From a bacterium (GTDB taxonomy: Bacteria > Zhuqueibacterota > Zhuqueibacteria > Residuimicrobiales > Krinioviventaceae), in the NCBI GenBank assembly GCA_963675755.2, contig CAXXMD010000002.1, positions 1,952,001 to 2,016,000 on the forward strand: DNA of 64,000 nucleotides. Direction: 5' to 3'. A program made the position numbers and the translations under genes. Position 1 is the stretch's first letter. Each line of letters begins with the position of its first letter. The notes under the pieces are model-generated. The model had not been told where the DNA came from. It saw only the letters and a program-made list of their open reading frames with translations, and did no database searches. Positions 1-10,991 of this stretch are shown here, piece after piece.

Positions 1-2133
1 TACTTTTCATATGTGGACGTTGGAGATCAATACTATACAGACAGAGAGTATACAATAACAGGATTTCCAAATCAATTGAATAATTGTTTATGGATCAAAA
101 CCCGAAACAGTGAAAAGTATATAACCGATGATAATTACATTCAATTTCAGTTAAAAAGAGATGCAACCGTCTATATCGCTTATGACAACCGGGCCAGCTC
201 TGTTCCTCATTGGTTATCATCAAATTTTGAGCAAACTGAATACACTATTGAGAATTCTGATGAAGAAAGTAATTTTACTGTTTGGAAGGGCCGGTTCCCG
301 GCAGGTGATGTAACATTAGGGGCCAATTCGGCAAGCGGAGCAGAGGGTGTACAAACAAATTATGTTGTACTTGTAGATATACCGATACAGATGCTTGACC
401 CAAGAAACAACAAAACAGGTGTTGGGAATGATGTAATCTTGAGCTGGGAACCTCTGGGCAATTTCGGGACATATGATATACAACTCGGTGAAGATCAGGA
501 CATGTCAAATCCCTTAAATAATAATACCAACATAAAGCGTACCAGGAATAGTATAAGAGACTTGGATTATAATAAAGACTATTACTGGAGAGTCAAAGCT
601 CACAATCGTGACGATGAGGATGCCTGGTCCCAAACGCAAAAGTTTCATACAATGGATGAACCGCCAGTTGAAATAATTACAAGCTGGTATAATCCTGTAT
701 TTGCCTGGCTTGAAGAAAATGATCAATACTATATTGATCGAAATGATGTAGTTCTTTCCCTCCCGGATCAGTTGAAAAATTCATTATGGATTAAAACAGC
801 TAATAATGATGCACAAAACACTTTTAATTATTATAATCTGCGTCTTCGATTTGAAAAAGAAGCAACCCTCTATGTGGGTTTTGATAAAAGGGCGACATCC
901 CTGCCAACCTGGGTAACAGATCATTATAGCAATACCGGCTTGACCATAAAAGTTTCGGATGAAGCAAATGAATTAAATATATGGTCCAGAAATGTAGAAA
1001 AAGGCGAAATCAAGTTGGAGGCAAACATGGCGGAAGGCGGTGAAAATATCAAAAGTCATTATGTCGTTTTAATAGACACCAACCAGGTACAGACCCTTTC
1101 TGCAAATTTCGGTTCAGATGTAACAACGGGAGTGCTACCGTTAACCGTCAGTTTCTCAGACAGTTCTCAAGGCTTAATCACAGCATGGTTATGGGATTTT
1201 GGTGATGGCGCAACCTCTACAGAACAGAATCCTTCCCATACCTATGAAAACAGGGGAATCTATACCGTTAGCCTGACAGTCAATAATCAATACAGTTCTG
1301 ATACAACTATAAAAGAAAATTACATTACCGCATACGAAACAGCGCCGGTGGCTAAATTCGGTTCAGACAAAATATCAGGATATCTGCCATTGACTGTCAG
1401 TTTCTCCGACAGTTCTCATGGGATTATCGAATCTTGGGCTTGGGATTTTGGTGACGGGACAACATCAACAGAACAGAACCCTTCTCACACCTACGAAAAC
1501 ATGGGCAGCTATACTGTCAGCCTGACAGTCAGTAATCAAGACAGTTCTGATACAATGATAAAAGAGAATTACATAAAAGCATATATTGTACCGCCAACTG
1601 CTAACTTTGGTGCGGATGTAACTAATGGCCTACTACCGCTAACCGTTAGTTTCACCGACAGTTCGCTGGGTGAAATCGACTCCTGGTTGTGGAAATTTGG
1701 AGACGGACTCACAAGCACAGTGCAAAATCCAAAGCACATGTACACATCTGGCGACTCTTTTACGGTATCACTTTTTGTGAGTGGGCCCGGTGGATCAAAT
1801 ACAATGGTCAAAACAAATTATATTTTAGTGGACCATCAAACATCCATTGACGACATGGCCGGGATACCGGAAAAGTTCGATTTACTGCCCAATTATCCCA
1901 ATCCATTCAATCCGCAAACCACAATCCGGTTTGCGGTACCGCAAAAATCACATGTAACATTAACAGTATTTGACATAAACGGAAAACAAATAAGCAATTT
2001 GTTCTCCGGGATTAAAAATCCGGGACATTATGCTATAACCTGGAATGCCTCAGGCTTTTCATCCGGTATGTATTTCATCAAAATGGATACGGACACCTAC
2101 TCTTCTGTTAGAAAATGTATCTTGGTTAAATAA
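1..2133 (+). CDS. Secreted multidomain protein, 5'-truncated by window edge: two 'YYxDR' domains, Fn3-like, 3 PKD, T9SS-type C-terminal sorting domain
   Basis: Frame is open from base 1. Three WDFGDG/WKFGDG PKD repeats; YYWRVKA Fn3-like motif; C-terminal PNYPNPFNPQTTIRF...KCILVK. Confidence 0.85.
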   Translation, partial: YFSYVDVGDQYYTDREYTITGFPNQLNNCLWIKTRNSEKYITDDNYIQFQLKRDATVYIAYDNRASSVPHWLSSNFEQTEYTIENSDEESNFTVWKGRFPAGDVTLGANSASGAEGVQTNYVVLVDIPIQMLDPRNNKTGVGNDVILSWEPLGNFGTYDIQLGEDQDMSNPLNNNTNIKRTRNSIRDLDYNKDYYWRVKAHNRDDEDAWSQTQKFHTMDEPPVEIITSWYNPVFAWLEENDQYYIDRNDVVLSLPDQLKNSLWIKTANNDAQNTFNYYNLRLRFEKEATLYVGFDKRATSLPTWVTDHYSNTGLTIKVSDEANELNIWSRNVEKGEIKLEANMAEGGENIKSHYVVLIDTNQVQTLSANFGSDVTTGVLPLTVSFSDSSQGLITAWLWDFGDGATSTEQNPSHTYENRGIYTVSLTVNNQYSSDTTIKENYITAYETAPVAKFGSDKISGYLPLTVSFSDSSHGIIESWAWDFGDGTTSTEQNPSHTYENMGSYTVSLTVSNQDSSDTMIKENYIKAYIVPPTANFGADVTNGLLPLTVSFTDSSLGEIDSWLWKFGDGLTSTVQNPKHMYTSGDSFTVSLFVSGPGGSNTMVKTNYILVDHQTSIDDMAGIPEKFDLLPNYPNPFNPQTTIRFAVPQKSHVTLTVFDINGKQISNLFSGIKNPGHYAITWNASGFSSGMYFIKMDTDTYSSVRKCILVK

Positions 2134-2148
2134 TATTTGGGGAAAACC

Positions 2149-5100
2149 GTGAACACAATAAAAAACGTATGCCTGTTTCTTTTTTTGAGCGTTTCAATAG
2201 CACTATCTCAAGACATTCAAATTCAATGGGCAAAAACATATGATTATGAATCTGATGGACACTTTATTTTTACATATGATGAAGGACTTTTTTTCATAAC
2301 AGGTGGTGAAGAAATTGTCAGTATTGATAACCAGGGCGCTGAGCAAAATGTCTGGTCGCTTGATCCTGATCATAAATATGAATACATGGGTGATATTGTA
2401 TTTAAAAAGTGCAATGAAGGATATATAATAACAGGTTCGATTCGTCTTGAAGATGAAAACAAAATCAAGGTATTGCTGAAAAAACTTGACAATCAAGGGC
2501 AGCAGGAATGGGAAAAACTCTTTTTCAAAGATGATTATATTAGTGATTATGATGAAGAAGAAGCAAACGTTTCCGTTAACAACTATGGTGGATTTGTCAA
2601 ACAAACACGCGACAATGGTTACATTCTATTTTGTAAAGGATTAGAGTCTGACAGTTTTTATTTCGACGGCTACATGTGGATAATTAAAACAAACCCATAT
2701 GGGGAAAAAGAATGGGACTATAAATTTGGCACTTTTGGCCACCACATAGCATTACATCAAACATCTGATGATGGTTATTTAGTGGCATATAGCAAGCACG
2801 ACGACTATGATGGCGATACTGACCATCTGCTCCGGTTAACACCAGATGGAAAAAAAGAATGGGATTATACATTTAGCACTGACAGGGACGTTAAATCAAT
2901 ACAGCCAACATCTGATGATGGTTATCTTGTCGCTTATAACCGTGATAACGATTCCGGCAATCTGCTCAGGTTAACAGCAGATGGTCAGGAAGTCTGGGAG
3001 AAAAGTTATAAAGAGTTATTAGGATACACCAAACCAGCAGACGATGGCGGATTCTATATATACGGTAACAATCATTCAAAGGATAACCCTGCATGGGATA
3101 CCATATATTTGAAAAAAGTAGCTGAAAATGGTGATGAAATTTGGAAAAAGACTTTTCAAGGTGATATGTCATATGCCTGGTTTTACAACATGATTAAATT
3201 GGATGACAATGGTTACCTGTTATATGGTCATTTTTCAGAGTTTGCTTGGCATACAGGACAAAAGGGCTGGTTAATCAAAACGGACAATTCAGGTAATAAA
3301 ATATGGGAAAAAACATTTACAAGCATTAATAGCATAACTCAAATTCTAAAAATTTCCCCAAACAAATTTATTTTAGCAGGGCATAAAGACGGTTATAAAA
3401 CTATAATTAAAGTCCAGGAAACCACTGAAAATTCCACAACATTTGAATTATTAAGCCCTGTAAACAATAAATCGGGAACTGGAACTCAACTTGTTCTGGA
3501 TTGGACCCCTGTCGATAACGCTTCATCATATCTTGTTGAATTAGATGATAATAGAGACATGTCAAGTCTTGTCATCTCAAAAACTGTATCAAATGAATCA
3601 AACTGCATAGTAGATGGTTTATCCTATTCTACACAATATTATTGGAAAGTCAGGGCACAATTCCCGGATGGATCAGGTTATTGGACAGAGTCCGGCACAT
3701 TTAAAACAATGCCTCCTCCACACATAGAGTTTAATGATAAAGAATACAATATGTCTTATGTGGATGCTGGCGATCAATATTACACGGACAGAGAGTATAC
3801 CATAACAGATCTACCTGATCCATTAAAAAATTGCCTGTGGATCAAAATCCCAAACAGTGAAAAGTATTCAACAGATGACAATTACATTCAATTTCAATTA
3901 AAAAGAGATGCAACTATCTATATCGCTTATGACAACCGGGCCAGCGCTGTCCCAGTTTGGTTATCATCCGAATTTGAGAAAACCGAATACACCATTGAGA
4001 ATACTGATGAAGAAAGTAATTTTAATGTATGGAAGGGCCAATTTGCAGCAGGTGATGTAACATTGGGAGCCAATTTAGCAAACGGCGCAGAGGGTGTCTT
4101 GACAAATTATGTTGTGTTAATAGATATCCCCACCCAAATGCTTGACCCCAGGCACAACAAAACCGGGATTGGAAATGATTTATACTTTAGCTGGGAACCA
4201 TTGGGCAATTTCGGGCCATACGATATAAAAGTCAGCGAAAATCAGGACATGTCAAATCCCTTATATCATATTACCAACATAGAGTATGCCAGGTATAAAA
4301 TAAGAGATTTAGACTATAATAAAGACTATTACTGGAGGATCAAAGCGCACAATCGTAATGATGAGAATGCGTGGTACCAGACACGAAAATTCCATACAAT
4401 GGATGATCCCAATATTCGTCTCTGGGGGCAACAATGGTATACATTTTCCTGGCTTGAAGAAAATGATCAATATTATAATGACCGGAATGATGTGGTTCTT
4501 TCTATCCCTGATCCGTTAAAAAATTTATTGTGGATTAAAACAGATAATGATGATGCAGCTAATGATTCTAACGATCATCTGGAATTTAGATTATATTATA
4601 ACGCAACCCTCTATGTTGGTTTTGATTCAAGAGCTACATCCCTGCCAAACTGGGTAACAGATGATTTTAGTAATACCGGTTTGACCATAACCGTTTCTGA
4701 TTCGGCAAAAGAATTAAATATATGGTCAAAAAATTTCAATAATAGCTGGGTCGCATTGGGATCTAATATGGCCAAAGGCGCTGAAAACATCAAAAGTCAT
4801 TATGTCGTTTTAATAGATACCAACCAGGTACAACCTATCTCTGCTCATTTTGGTTCAGATGTGACATCAGGTGCACTACCCTTAACCGTTAATTTCGCAG
4901 ACAGTTCCCAAGGCCTTATCACAGCATGGGAATGGGATTTTGGTGATGGAACAACCTCTACAGAAAAGAATCCCTCCCATACCTATGAAAATACGGGAAA
5001 TTATTCGGTGAGTTTAACAGTACACGCACCAGACAGCTCTGACACAATCATAAAAGAAAATTACATTACAGTTAAAAATGTGATAGCAAATTTCAGTGCA

Positions 5101-5619
5101 GATGTGACCACGGGGCAAGCGCCACTCACTGTGAGTTTTACCGACAGTTCGCTGGGTGAAATTGATTCCTGGTTATGGAAATTTGGTGACGGACTCACAA
5201 GCACATCACAAAATCCTACACACGTGTACACATCTGGCGACTCGTTCACCGTATCGTTATTTGTGCGTAATTCCAGTGGATCAAATACAATGGTCAAATC
5301 GAATTATATAATAGTTGACCACCCAACATCCATTGACGATATGGCCGGGATACCGGACAAATTCGATTTACTGCCCAATTACCCAAATCCATTCAATCCG
5401 CAAACCACAATCCGGTTTGCAGTACCGAAAAGGTCATTTGTAAAATTAACTATATATGATATCAACGGAAAGCAGGTCCAGAACTTATTCTCCGGCACCA
5501 AAAATCCGGGGAATTATGCCATCACATGGAACGCCTCAGGCTTTTCTTCCGGCATGTATTTCATCAAAATGAATACGGACACCTACTCGTCTGTTAGAAA
5601 ATGTATGCTGGTCAAATAA
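2149..5619 (+). CDS. Secreted paralog of the upstream gene: signal peptide, beta-propeller-like N-terminus, Fn3/'YYxDR' modules, 2 PKD, T9SS-type CTD
   Basis: GTG at 2149 after GGGGA (ORF track starts 2137). Signal peptide; QTSDDGY propeller-type repeats; strong similarity to the 1..2133 product. Confidence 0.85.
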   Translation: MNTIKNVCLFLFLSVSIALSQDIQIQWAKTYDYESDGHFIFTYDEGLFFITGGEEIVSIDNQGAEQNVWSLDPDHKYEYMGDIVFKKCNEGYIITGSIRLEDENKIKVLLKKLDNQGQQEWEKLFFKDDYISDYDEEEANVSVNNYGGFVKQTRDNGYILFCKGLESDSFYFDGYMWIIKTNPYGEKEWDYKFGTFGHHIALHQTSDDGYLVAYSKHDDYDGDTDHLLRLTPDGKKEWDYTFSTDRDVKSIQPTSDDGYLVAYNRDNDSGNLLRLTADGQEVWEKSYKELLGYTKPADDGGFYIYGNNHSKDNPAWDTIYLKKVAENGDEIWKKTFQGDMSYAWFYNMIKLDDNGYLLYGHFSEFAWHTGQKGWLIKTDNSGNKIWEKTFTSINSITQILKISPNKFILAGHKDGYKTIIKVQETTENSTTFELLSPVNNKSGTGTQLVLDWTPVDNASSYLVELDDNRDMSSLVISKTVSNESNCIVDGLSYSTQYYWKVRAQFPDGSGYWTESGTFKTMPPPHIEFNDKEYNMSYVDAGDQYYTDREYTITDLPDPLKNCLWIKIPNSEKYSTDDNYIQFQLKRDATIYIAYDNRASAVPVWLSSEFEKTEYTIENTDEESNFNVWKGQFAAGDVTLGANLANGAEGVLTNYVVLIDIPTQMLDPRHNKTGIGNDLYFSWEPLGNFGPYDIKVSENQDMSNPLYHITNIEYARYKIRDLDYNKDYYWRIKAHNRNDENAWYQTRKFHTMDDPNIRLWGQQWYTFSWLEENDQYYNDRNDVVLSIPDPLKNLLWIKTDNDDAANDSNDHLEFRLYYNATLYVGFDSRATSLPNWVTDDFSNTGLTITVSDSAKELNIWSKNFNNSWVALGSNMAKGAENIKSHYVVLIDTNQVQPISAHFGSDVTSGALPLTVNFADSSQGLITAWEWDFGDGTTSTEKNPSHTYENTGNYSVSLTVHAPDSSDTIIKENYITVKNVIANFSADVTTGQAPLTVSFTDSSLGEIDSWLWKFGDGLTSTSQNPTHVYTSGDSFTVSLFVRNSSGSNTMVKSNYIIVDHPTSIDDMAGIPDKFDLLPNYPNPFNPQTTIRFAVPKRSFVKLTIYDINGKQVQNLFSGTKNPGNYAITWNASGFSSGMYFIKMNTDTYSSVRKCMLVK

Positions 5620-5696
5620 AGTGTTACCCCGGGTAACTTGCCCGGGATTTTCCCATTGACACTTTATCCCGGGTGCGAGCTCCAAGCTATCAACTT

Positions 5697-5795
5697 GCTA
5701 AAAGCTGACAGCTAACAGCTTTTAGCATATACCTCCATTCAGCTGCCTCACGTTTCATCTACCTACTGAAAACTGACCACTGAATACTGACAACT
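5697..5795. repeat. Degenerate heptamer tandem repeats
   Basis: gctaaaa-gctgaca-gctaaca-gct and actgaaa-actgacc-actgaat-actgaca-act. Confidence 0.6.
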
Positions 5796-5910
5796 TTATA
5801 TCGCAAACATTTTTGAATTTTTAAAAACTTTTATTTATTCATATTTATATTTATATTCTAATCTCGATTTATATACCATCAATCCGCATATATTCAATGC
5901 AGGAGTACAT

Positions 5911-7119
5911 TTGAAAAAATTGCTTTTAGCATCATTAATTTTATCATTCTGCATGAACTGCAGCAAGGCAGACAATACCCCGTCCCCAAAAACGGTCAAG
6001 GTTACGGTTGCTTGTTATTATTTCCCCAACTATCATCCTACTGATGCCCGTAACCAAAAACTCAAGGGCGACGGATGGTCTGAATGGGAGCTTGTAAAAG
6101 CAGCCAAATCCCGTTTCCCCGGACATTTACAGCCCAATGTTCCCATGTGGGGATACACGGATGAATCTGATCCTGTGCAAATGGCGAAAAAGATCAATGC
6201 TGCTACAACGCATGGTATTGATGCATTCATCTTTGACTGGTACTGGTTCAATGACGGATCATTTTTAGAATCAGGATTAGACAAGGGCTTTTTACAGGCG
6301 TCAAATAATGATCAGTTAAAATTTGCGCTCATGTGGGCCAATCATGATTGGCTGGATATCCATCCGTACACACGGGGAGAAAAAGCCAAAATCCTCTATC
6401 CCGGCAAGATAAAAAAAGAGACATTCGAGATCATATGCGACCATGTTATCGAATCCTATTTCAAGCACCCCTCCTACTGGAAAATCGATGGTAAACCCTA
6501 TTTCTCCATCTATGAACTCAACAAATTGATGGAAAGCTTTGGCAGCATTGAGGCCACACGTTCGGCATTGGACGAATTCAGGGCCAAAGCCATAAAAGCT
6601 GGCCTGCCCGGAATTCATCTCAATGCTGTAGTCTGGGGACGCTCTATCCTGCCCGGTGAGTCAAAACCTGCAGATGCCGCGGATGTTGTAGAACAGCTCG
6701 GTTTTGACAGCGTCACTTCCTATGTATGGATACACCATGTCCAGTTGCCGGGAATGCAGACAGATTACCCTTACGTACAGGAAGAGTATTTTAAATACTG
6801 GACCAAAGCAGATGCCATGTTTAATGTGCCCTATTTCCCCAATGTAACCATGGGCTGGGATTCGAGTCCCAGGGCAAACCAGGAACAACCATATGGCAAT
6901 TTCGGATATCCGTTTATGCACACCATATCGGGCAATACGCCCCAACGTTTTGAGCAGGCCTTGCTTGCCACAAAAAACCGTGTATTGCAGCAACAAGATG
7001 GACCCAAAATCATCACAATAAATTGCTGGAACGAATGGACCGAAGGCAGCTATCTTGAACCGGATACCCGCAACGGTATGGCATATCTTGAAGCAGTAAA
7101 AAATGTATATAAAAACTAG
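5911..7119 (+). CDS. GH99-like / WbsX-family glycoside hydrolase, probable lipoprotein
   Basis: CYYFPNYH, WSEWELVK, FDWYW, ALMWANHDW, GWDSSPR and INCWNEWTEGSYLEPD motifs; TTG start after AGGAG. Confidence 0.8.
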   Translation: MKKLLLASLILSFCMNCSKADNTPSPKTVKVTVACYYFPNYHPTDARNQKLKGDGWSEWELVKAAKSRFPGHLQPNVPMWGYTDESDPVQMAKKINAATTHGIDAFIFDWYWFNDGSFLESGLDKGFLQASNNDQLKFALMWANHDWLDIHPYTRGEKAKILYPGKIKKETFEIICDHVIESYFKHPSYWKIDGKPYFSIYELNKLMESFGSIEATRSALDEFRAKAIKAGLPGIHLNAVVWGRSILPGESKPADAADVVEQLGFDSVTSYVWIHHVQLPGMQTDYPYVQEEYFKYWTKADAMFNVPYFPNVTMGWDSSPRANQEQPYGNFGYPFMHTISGNTPQRFEQALLATKNRVLQQQDGPKIITINCWNEWTEGSYLEPDTRNGMAYLEAVKNVYKN

Positions 7120-7141
7120 TATGATTTATTGGAGCCGGAAA

Positions 7142-10090
7142 ATGAAGAACAAGAAACAAACGCAACAGACGGAATTATCTATTCAAACTCTCACAGTAAT
7201 AACAATGGCGTTCATCCTGCTATTAAGCGCCGTAATCTGTTTTGGCTCGGATACGTCCGACAGGGATTACACGGCACTGGTCGATCCCTTTATCGGCAAC
7301 CTGGATTACGGCAACACTTTTTCAGGTCCCGCAACCCCGTACGGGATGATCCAGCTTACTCCCCATCTAAAATTTACCGACGAAGAAGGTTCGGGTATCC
7401 TTTACGGATTTCAGCATACCACCAACAGCGGCAGTGCCGGCGGCGGTAATACGGTCCGCGGTGATATCCTTTTCATGCCCTTTGCAATAAAAAACGCAGA
7501 GATTCCGGCGGATATGTCTTTTCAGTCCAAATTTTCCCACAAAAATGAAACCGCATCCCCGGGATATTTCAAAACCCTGCTGGAGGATTACAACATTACC
7601 GCTGAACTGACCGCAGCATGCCGGACCGGATTTCATAAATATAGCTTTCCCGAATCAGATAACGCCGGTATTGTGCTCAAGCTCGCCAGGGGATCAGTAA
7701 CCATATCGAGTGATGAGATGTCCGGTTATGAACAATCCCCTTCCAACGGTAACCGTGTGTACTTTTATGCAAAACTCTTGAATCCTGCTGACAGCTATGA
7801 GATTATTCATGGTGATAAAATCATCAAAGACATAGACACCCTGGAAGGAAGCGATATAAAAGCGATTTTCAAATTTAAATCCAATACTGACAAACCCATT
7901 ATGTTCAAAGTGGGGATTTCTTTTGTGAGCAAAGAGGGCGCAAAAAACAACCTTGAACAAGAAATACCGGATTGGGATTTCAACAAGATCAGGAACAACA
8001 CCGTTTCGGAATGGAACCGGGAGCTTGGCAAAATCGAGGTTAGCGGCGGTACAGAGACCGAACAGACCATTTTCTATACCGCTCTATATCATTCGCTGAT
8101 TCACCCCAGCATTTATATGGATGTGGACGGTAAATATCATAGCGCGAACGGAAATAACTATACTGCCGAAAAAGGTTTTGAAAATTATACCACTTTTTCC
8201 TTGTGGGACACATTCAGGGCGCTGCATCCGCTTTATACAATCATTAATCAAAAGAGAACATCCCAATTTATCAGAGCCTTTATGGAGCGTTATGATCACC
8301 GGGGCCGTATGCTGATCATGGATTTCCGCGGTGTAGAAGGTCAACAACCCCCAATGATCGGGTATCATTCGCTTTCTGTTCTGGCAGATGCATATGTTAA
8401 AGACATCCGCGATTATGATGTGGCCAAAGCCTATAAAGCCATGGTACATCTGGCAAAAAATTCCGGCAGACAGGGTATGGAGCTTTATCTAAATTACGGT
8501 TACATTCCTTCAGACCTGGTGGGTCAATCGGTCTCCAGAACGTTGGAATATTGTTATGATGATTGGTGTGTCACACGTCTGGCAAAAGATTTTAACAATG
8601 CGGATTATCAGTATTTCAGCCGTCGCGGTCAGTTTTTTAAAAACGTTTTCTCGCAAGAGGTTAATTTTATGCGGGGACGTAAAAGCAATTTCGAGTTTGT
8701 ACCCAATTTTGATCCCATGGAAACCATTAACCACTATACCGAAGCCAACGCATATCAGTACAGCACATATGTACCGCAGGATGTGGAAGGTCTGATCAAT
8801 TTGATGGGTGGCGACAAGGTATTTGAAGCCTGGTTGGACGCCTGTTTTACCACCCAAACCGATTTTTCCAAAATCAATGTTGCCGATGTTACCGGTCTCA
8901 TTGGCCAGTACGCGCACGGTAATGAACCCAGTCATCATATCTCTTATTTGTACAACTATGTGGGTACTCCCTGGAAAACCCAGGAAATGACCCGCAAGAT
9001 CATGGCCACTCTGTATAAAGCCACACCTGATGGAATTGACGGCAACGAAGATTGCGGACAGATGTCCGCCTGGTACGTAATGAGCGCTATGGGGCTCTAT
9101 TCCGTCACACCCGGACAAACATATTATACCATTGGAAGTCCGGCTTTTAACAATATCAAGATCCATTTGGAAAATGGCAAAACCTTTGAAATCGTTGCAA
9201 ACAACAACAGGCCGGAGAATGTATATATCCAATCCGCGCAGCTGAACGGTAATAGCTATTCAAAAACCTTTCTGGAACATGAGGATATTATGAACGGCGG
9301 TACAATTGTTTTTGAAATGTCGAATGTTCCCAACAAAACCCGCGGAACAGCCAAAGCAGACCGTCCCTACGCGCCAGAGCATTCATTTGTTATAGCAAAA
9401 GCGCCCGAGATATCATTCCCCAACATCCTGTTCCTGGACCATACCACCATTACCATGGCGCCTGCAGAAGCGGGTGCAGAAATCCGCTATACACTGGACG
9501 GATCAGAACCGAACAAGATGTCCATGCTTTATACCCAACCCATTACCATCGGGCAGGAAACCCTTTTCAAAACAAAAAGCTATGTGGATGGGAAACTTGC
9601 AAGCGATACCAAAACCGTACATTTTAAAACCATTGAAATGCTGGACGCGGTTACAGTAACCGATGAATTGCAACCCGGTGTCAGTTATTTATACAAAGAA
9701 GGAAACATAGCAGACTGCCGCGACCTGCCCAACCACAAGACTCTGAAAACCGGTGTACTGGAATATTTCCATGTAAACGAGATTCCTGACTCTCGCCAAT
9801 TCGGATACAATCTTGAAGGGTATTTACTCGTTCCTGAAACAGGTGTATACAGTTTTGGACTGGAAGCCAACGACGGTGCGGTATTGTACCTGAATGACAA
9901 AATCATCATTGACAATGACGGCGGCCACCGTGCGCAGCGATTGGACACCAAAATTGGACTCAAAAAAGGCTGGCACCCCATTCGGGTAGATTATTTTCAA
10001 CAAGGTCTGGCAAAAAGCCTGGATGTCTATTGGACAGGCCCCGGCATCGAGTACCAGGCACTCGCTCCGGAAGTGCTGTTTCATAAATAG
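7142..10090 (+). CDS. GH92 alpha-1,2-mannosidase with Fn3-associated and PA14 domains
   Basis: VDPFIG, SLWDTFRALHPL, SRTLEYCYDD, TEANAYQY, GQYAHGNEPSHH and GNEDCGQMSAWY; YTLDGSEP; ANDGAVLYL..IDNDGGH. Start uncertain (7103/7142/7208). Confidence 0.9.
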   Translation: MKNKKQTQQTELSIQTLTVITMAFILLLSAVICFGSDTSDRDYTALVDPFIGNLDYGNTFSGPATPYGMIQLTPHLKFTDEEGSGILYGFQHTTNSGSAGGGNTVRGDILFMPFAIKNAEIPADMSFQSKFSHKNETASPGYFKTLLEDYNITAELTAACRTGFHKYSFPESDNAGIVLKLARGSVTISSDEMSGYEQSPSNGNRVYFYAKLLNPADSYEIIHGDKIIKDIDTLEGSDIKAIFKFKSNTDKPIMFKVGISFVSKEGAKNNLEQEIPDWDFNKIRNNTVSEWNRELGKIEVSGGTETEQTIFYTALYHSLIHPSIYMDVDGKYHSANGNNYTAEKGFENYTTFSLWDTFRALHPLYTIINQKRTSQFIRAFMERYDHRGRMLIMDFRGVEGQQPPMIGYHSLSVLADAYVKDIRDYDVAKAYKAMVHLAKNSGRQGMELYLNYGYIPSDLVGQSVSRTLEYCYDDWCVTRLAKDFNNADYQYFSRRGQFFKNVFSQEVNFMRGRKSNFEFVPNFDPMETINHYTEANAYQYSTYVPQDVEGLINLMGGDKVFEAWLDACFTTQTDFSKINVADVTGLIGQYAHGNEPSHHISYLYNYVGTPWKTQEMTRKIMATLYKATPDGIDGNEDCGQMSAWYVMSAMGLYSVTPGQTYYTIGSPAFNNIKIHLENGKTFEIVANNNRPENVYIQSAQLNGNSYSKTFLEHEDIMNGGTIVFEMSNVPNKTRGTAKADRPYAPEHSFVIAKAPEISFPNILFLDHTTITMAPAEAGAEIRYTLDGSEPNKMSMLYTQPITIGQETLFKTKSYVDGKLASDTKTVHFKTIEMLDAVTVTDELQPGVSYLYKEGNIADCRDLPNHKTLKTGVLEYFHVNEIPDSRQFGYNLEGYLLVPETGVYSFGLEANDGAVLYLNDKIIIDNDGGHRAQRLDTKIGLKKGWHPIRVDYFQQGLAKSLDVYWTGPGIEYQALAPEVLFHK

Positions 10091-10185
10091 GGAATTATCG
10101 GATCGGTTCCTGTGCTTCGACAAGCTCAGCAACCATTTCCGCCGCAGGTGGAGTATCGAAGGATAAGGTCAGGAATATAAACAAC

Positions 10186-10249
10186 TTGATCGCCGGGTAC
10201 ATTGGTGCCCGGCGGTATTATAATGCAGGACTTGTCCTGCTTTTTTTTT
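10186..10249 (+). repeat. Tail-less copy of the 90-bp double-hairpin unit, followed by a T-run (may terminate the GH92 transcript)
   Basis: ttgatcgccgggtacattggtgcccggcgg..tgcaggacttgtcctgc-T9, matching 18630-18690. Confidence 0.75.
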
Positions 10250-10256
10250 GTAGAAA

Positions 10257-10410
10257 TCTCGTCTGAATTGGGATGAAAGGATTAAAAGATGAATAGGATT
10301 GAATCCCCCCCCATTCCAATCCTGTCATCCTTTAATCCTACGAATCTAAATTCAGACAATAAAAAAGCGCCGATTACTGCATGATTAGCAGTGCCGGCGC
10401 TTATAGTAAA
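10257..10410. repeat. Repeat A copy 1: long imperfect hairpin plus minus-strand terminator
   Basis: gtctgaatt...aattcagac, then aaaaaagcgccg...cggcgcttatag. Aligns end to end with 16064-16216. Confidence 0.85.
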
Positions 10411-10477
10411 CACTTGCTATATAATGGCACGAGTATTATGATTGTAATGCATAGATGTAGAAAACGGATAAAAAAAT

Positions 10478-10499
10478 CGTGCCACAGGCACGGGCTACC
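10478..10499 (-). repeat. GTAG-type REP-like palindrome
   Basis: Minus strand reads GGTAGCCCGTGCCTGTGGCACG. Confidence 0.5.
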
Positions 10500-10552
10500 A
10501 ACTGGGAATCCTGTTCCAAGGACATGGACATCATTCTATTCATTGTAAGGAA

Positions 10553-10969
10553 TCAAGCACAATCATAGCTCCAATGAATTCTAAATAGTAAATCAATTGC
10601 CGCATTATACCTATTCGATTCATGAAATGGTACAAACAGCAGAATTGGTATTATACACTCAAGAATAATATTGTAACTTGGATTGAGCATATTGAAAATT
10701 AAAATGGATAAAACGATATGATAAAAAATCAACTTAACTTGTTTAGGACATTTGTTATCACTTTCTTTTGGATAAATTTTAAAAATGGCCATCCCAGCGG
10801 TTCGCCCTTTTAATAAAAATAATTCTCCAATTTGAGTTATAATAAAAAAGAATAGAAATGAAAAAACCAAATTACCACCTGCATAATTAACTGCAATAGC
10901 AGGCAAAAAAGAACTAAAAAAATCAAAAAGTATAGACAATACTCTTTTAATAATCATAAGTAACTCCAT
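10553..10969 (-). CDS. RDD-like membrane protein, putative immunity protein of the adjacent RHS toxin
   Basis: KRVLSILFD start, GRTAGM motif, hydrophobic segments, very AT-rich, directly downstream of the RHS C-terminus. Confidence 0.6.
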   Translation of the reverse strand: MELLMIIKRVLSILFDFFSSFLPAIAVNYAGGNLVFSFLFFFIITQIGELFLLKGRTAGMAIFKIYPKESDNKCPKQVKLIFYHIVLSILIFNMLNPSYNIILECIIPILLFVPFHESNRYNAAIDLLFRIHWSYDCA

Positions 10970-10991
10970 TGTTTGCCGAATAATTTATATC

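Noticed and set aside
8510-9232. Long antisense or alternate-frame ORFs (also 17776-18204, 53551-54120, 54193-54723, 60680-61135)
   Set aside because: Shadows of well-supported genes, with no recognisable motifs.
10257-10410. Integron attC site
   Set aside because: No RYYYAAC/GTTRRRY boxes at the ends and no integron integrase in the window.
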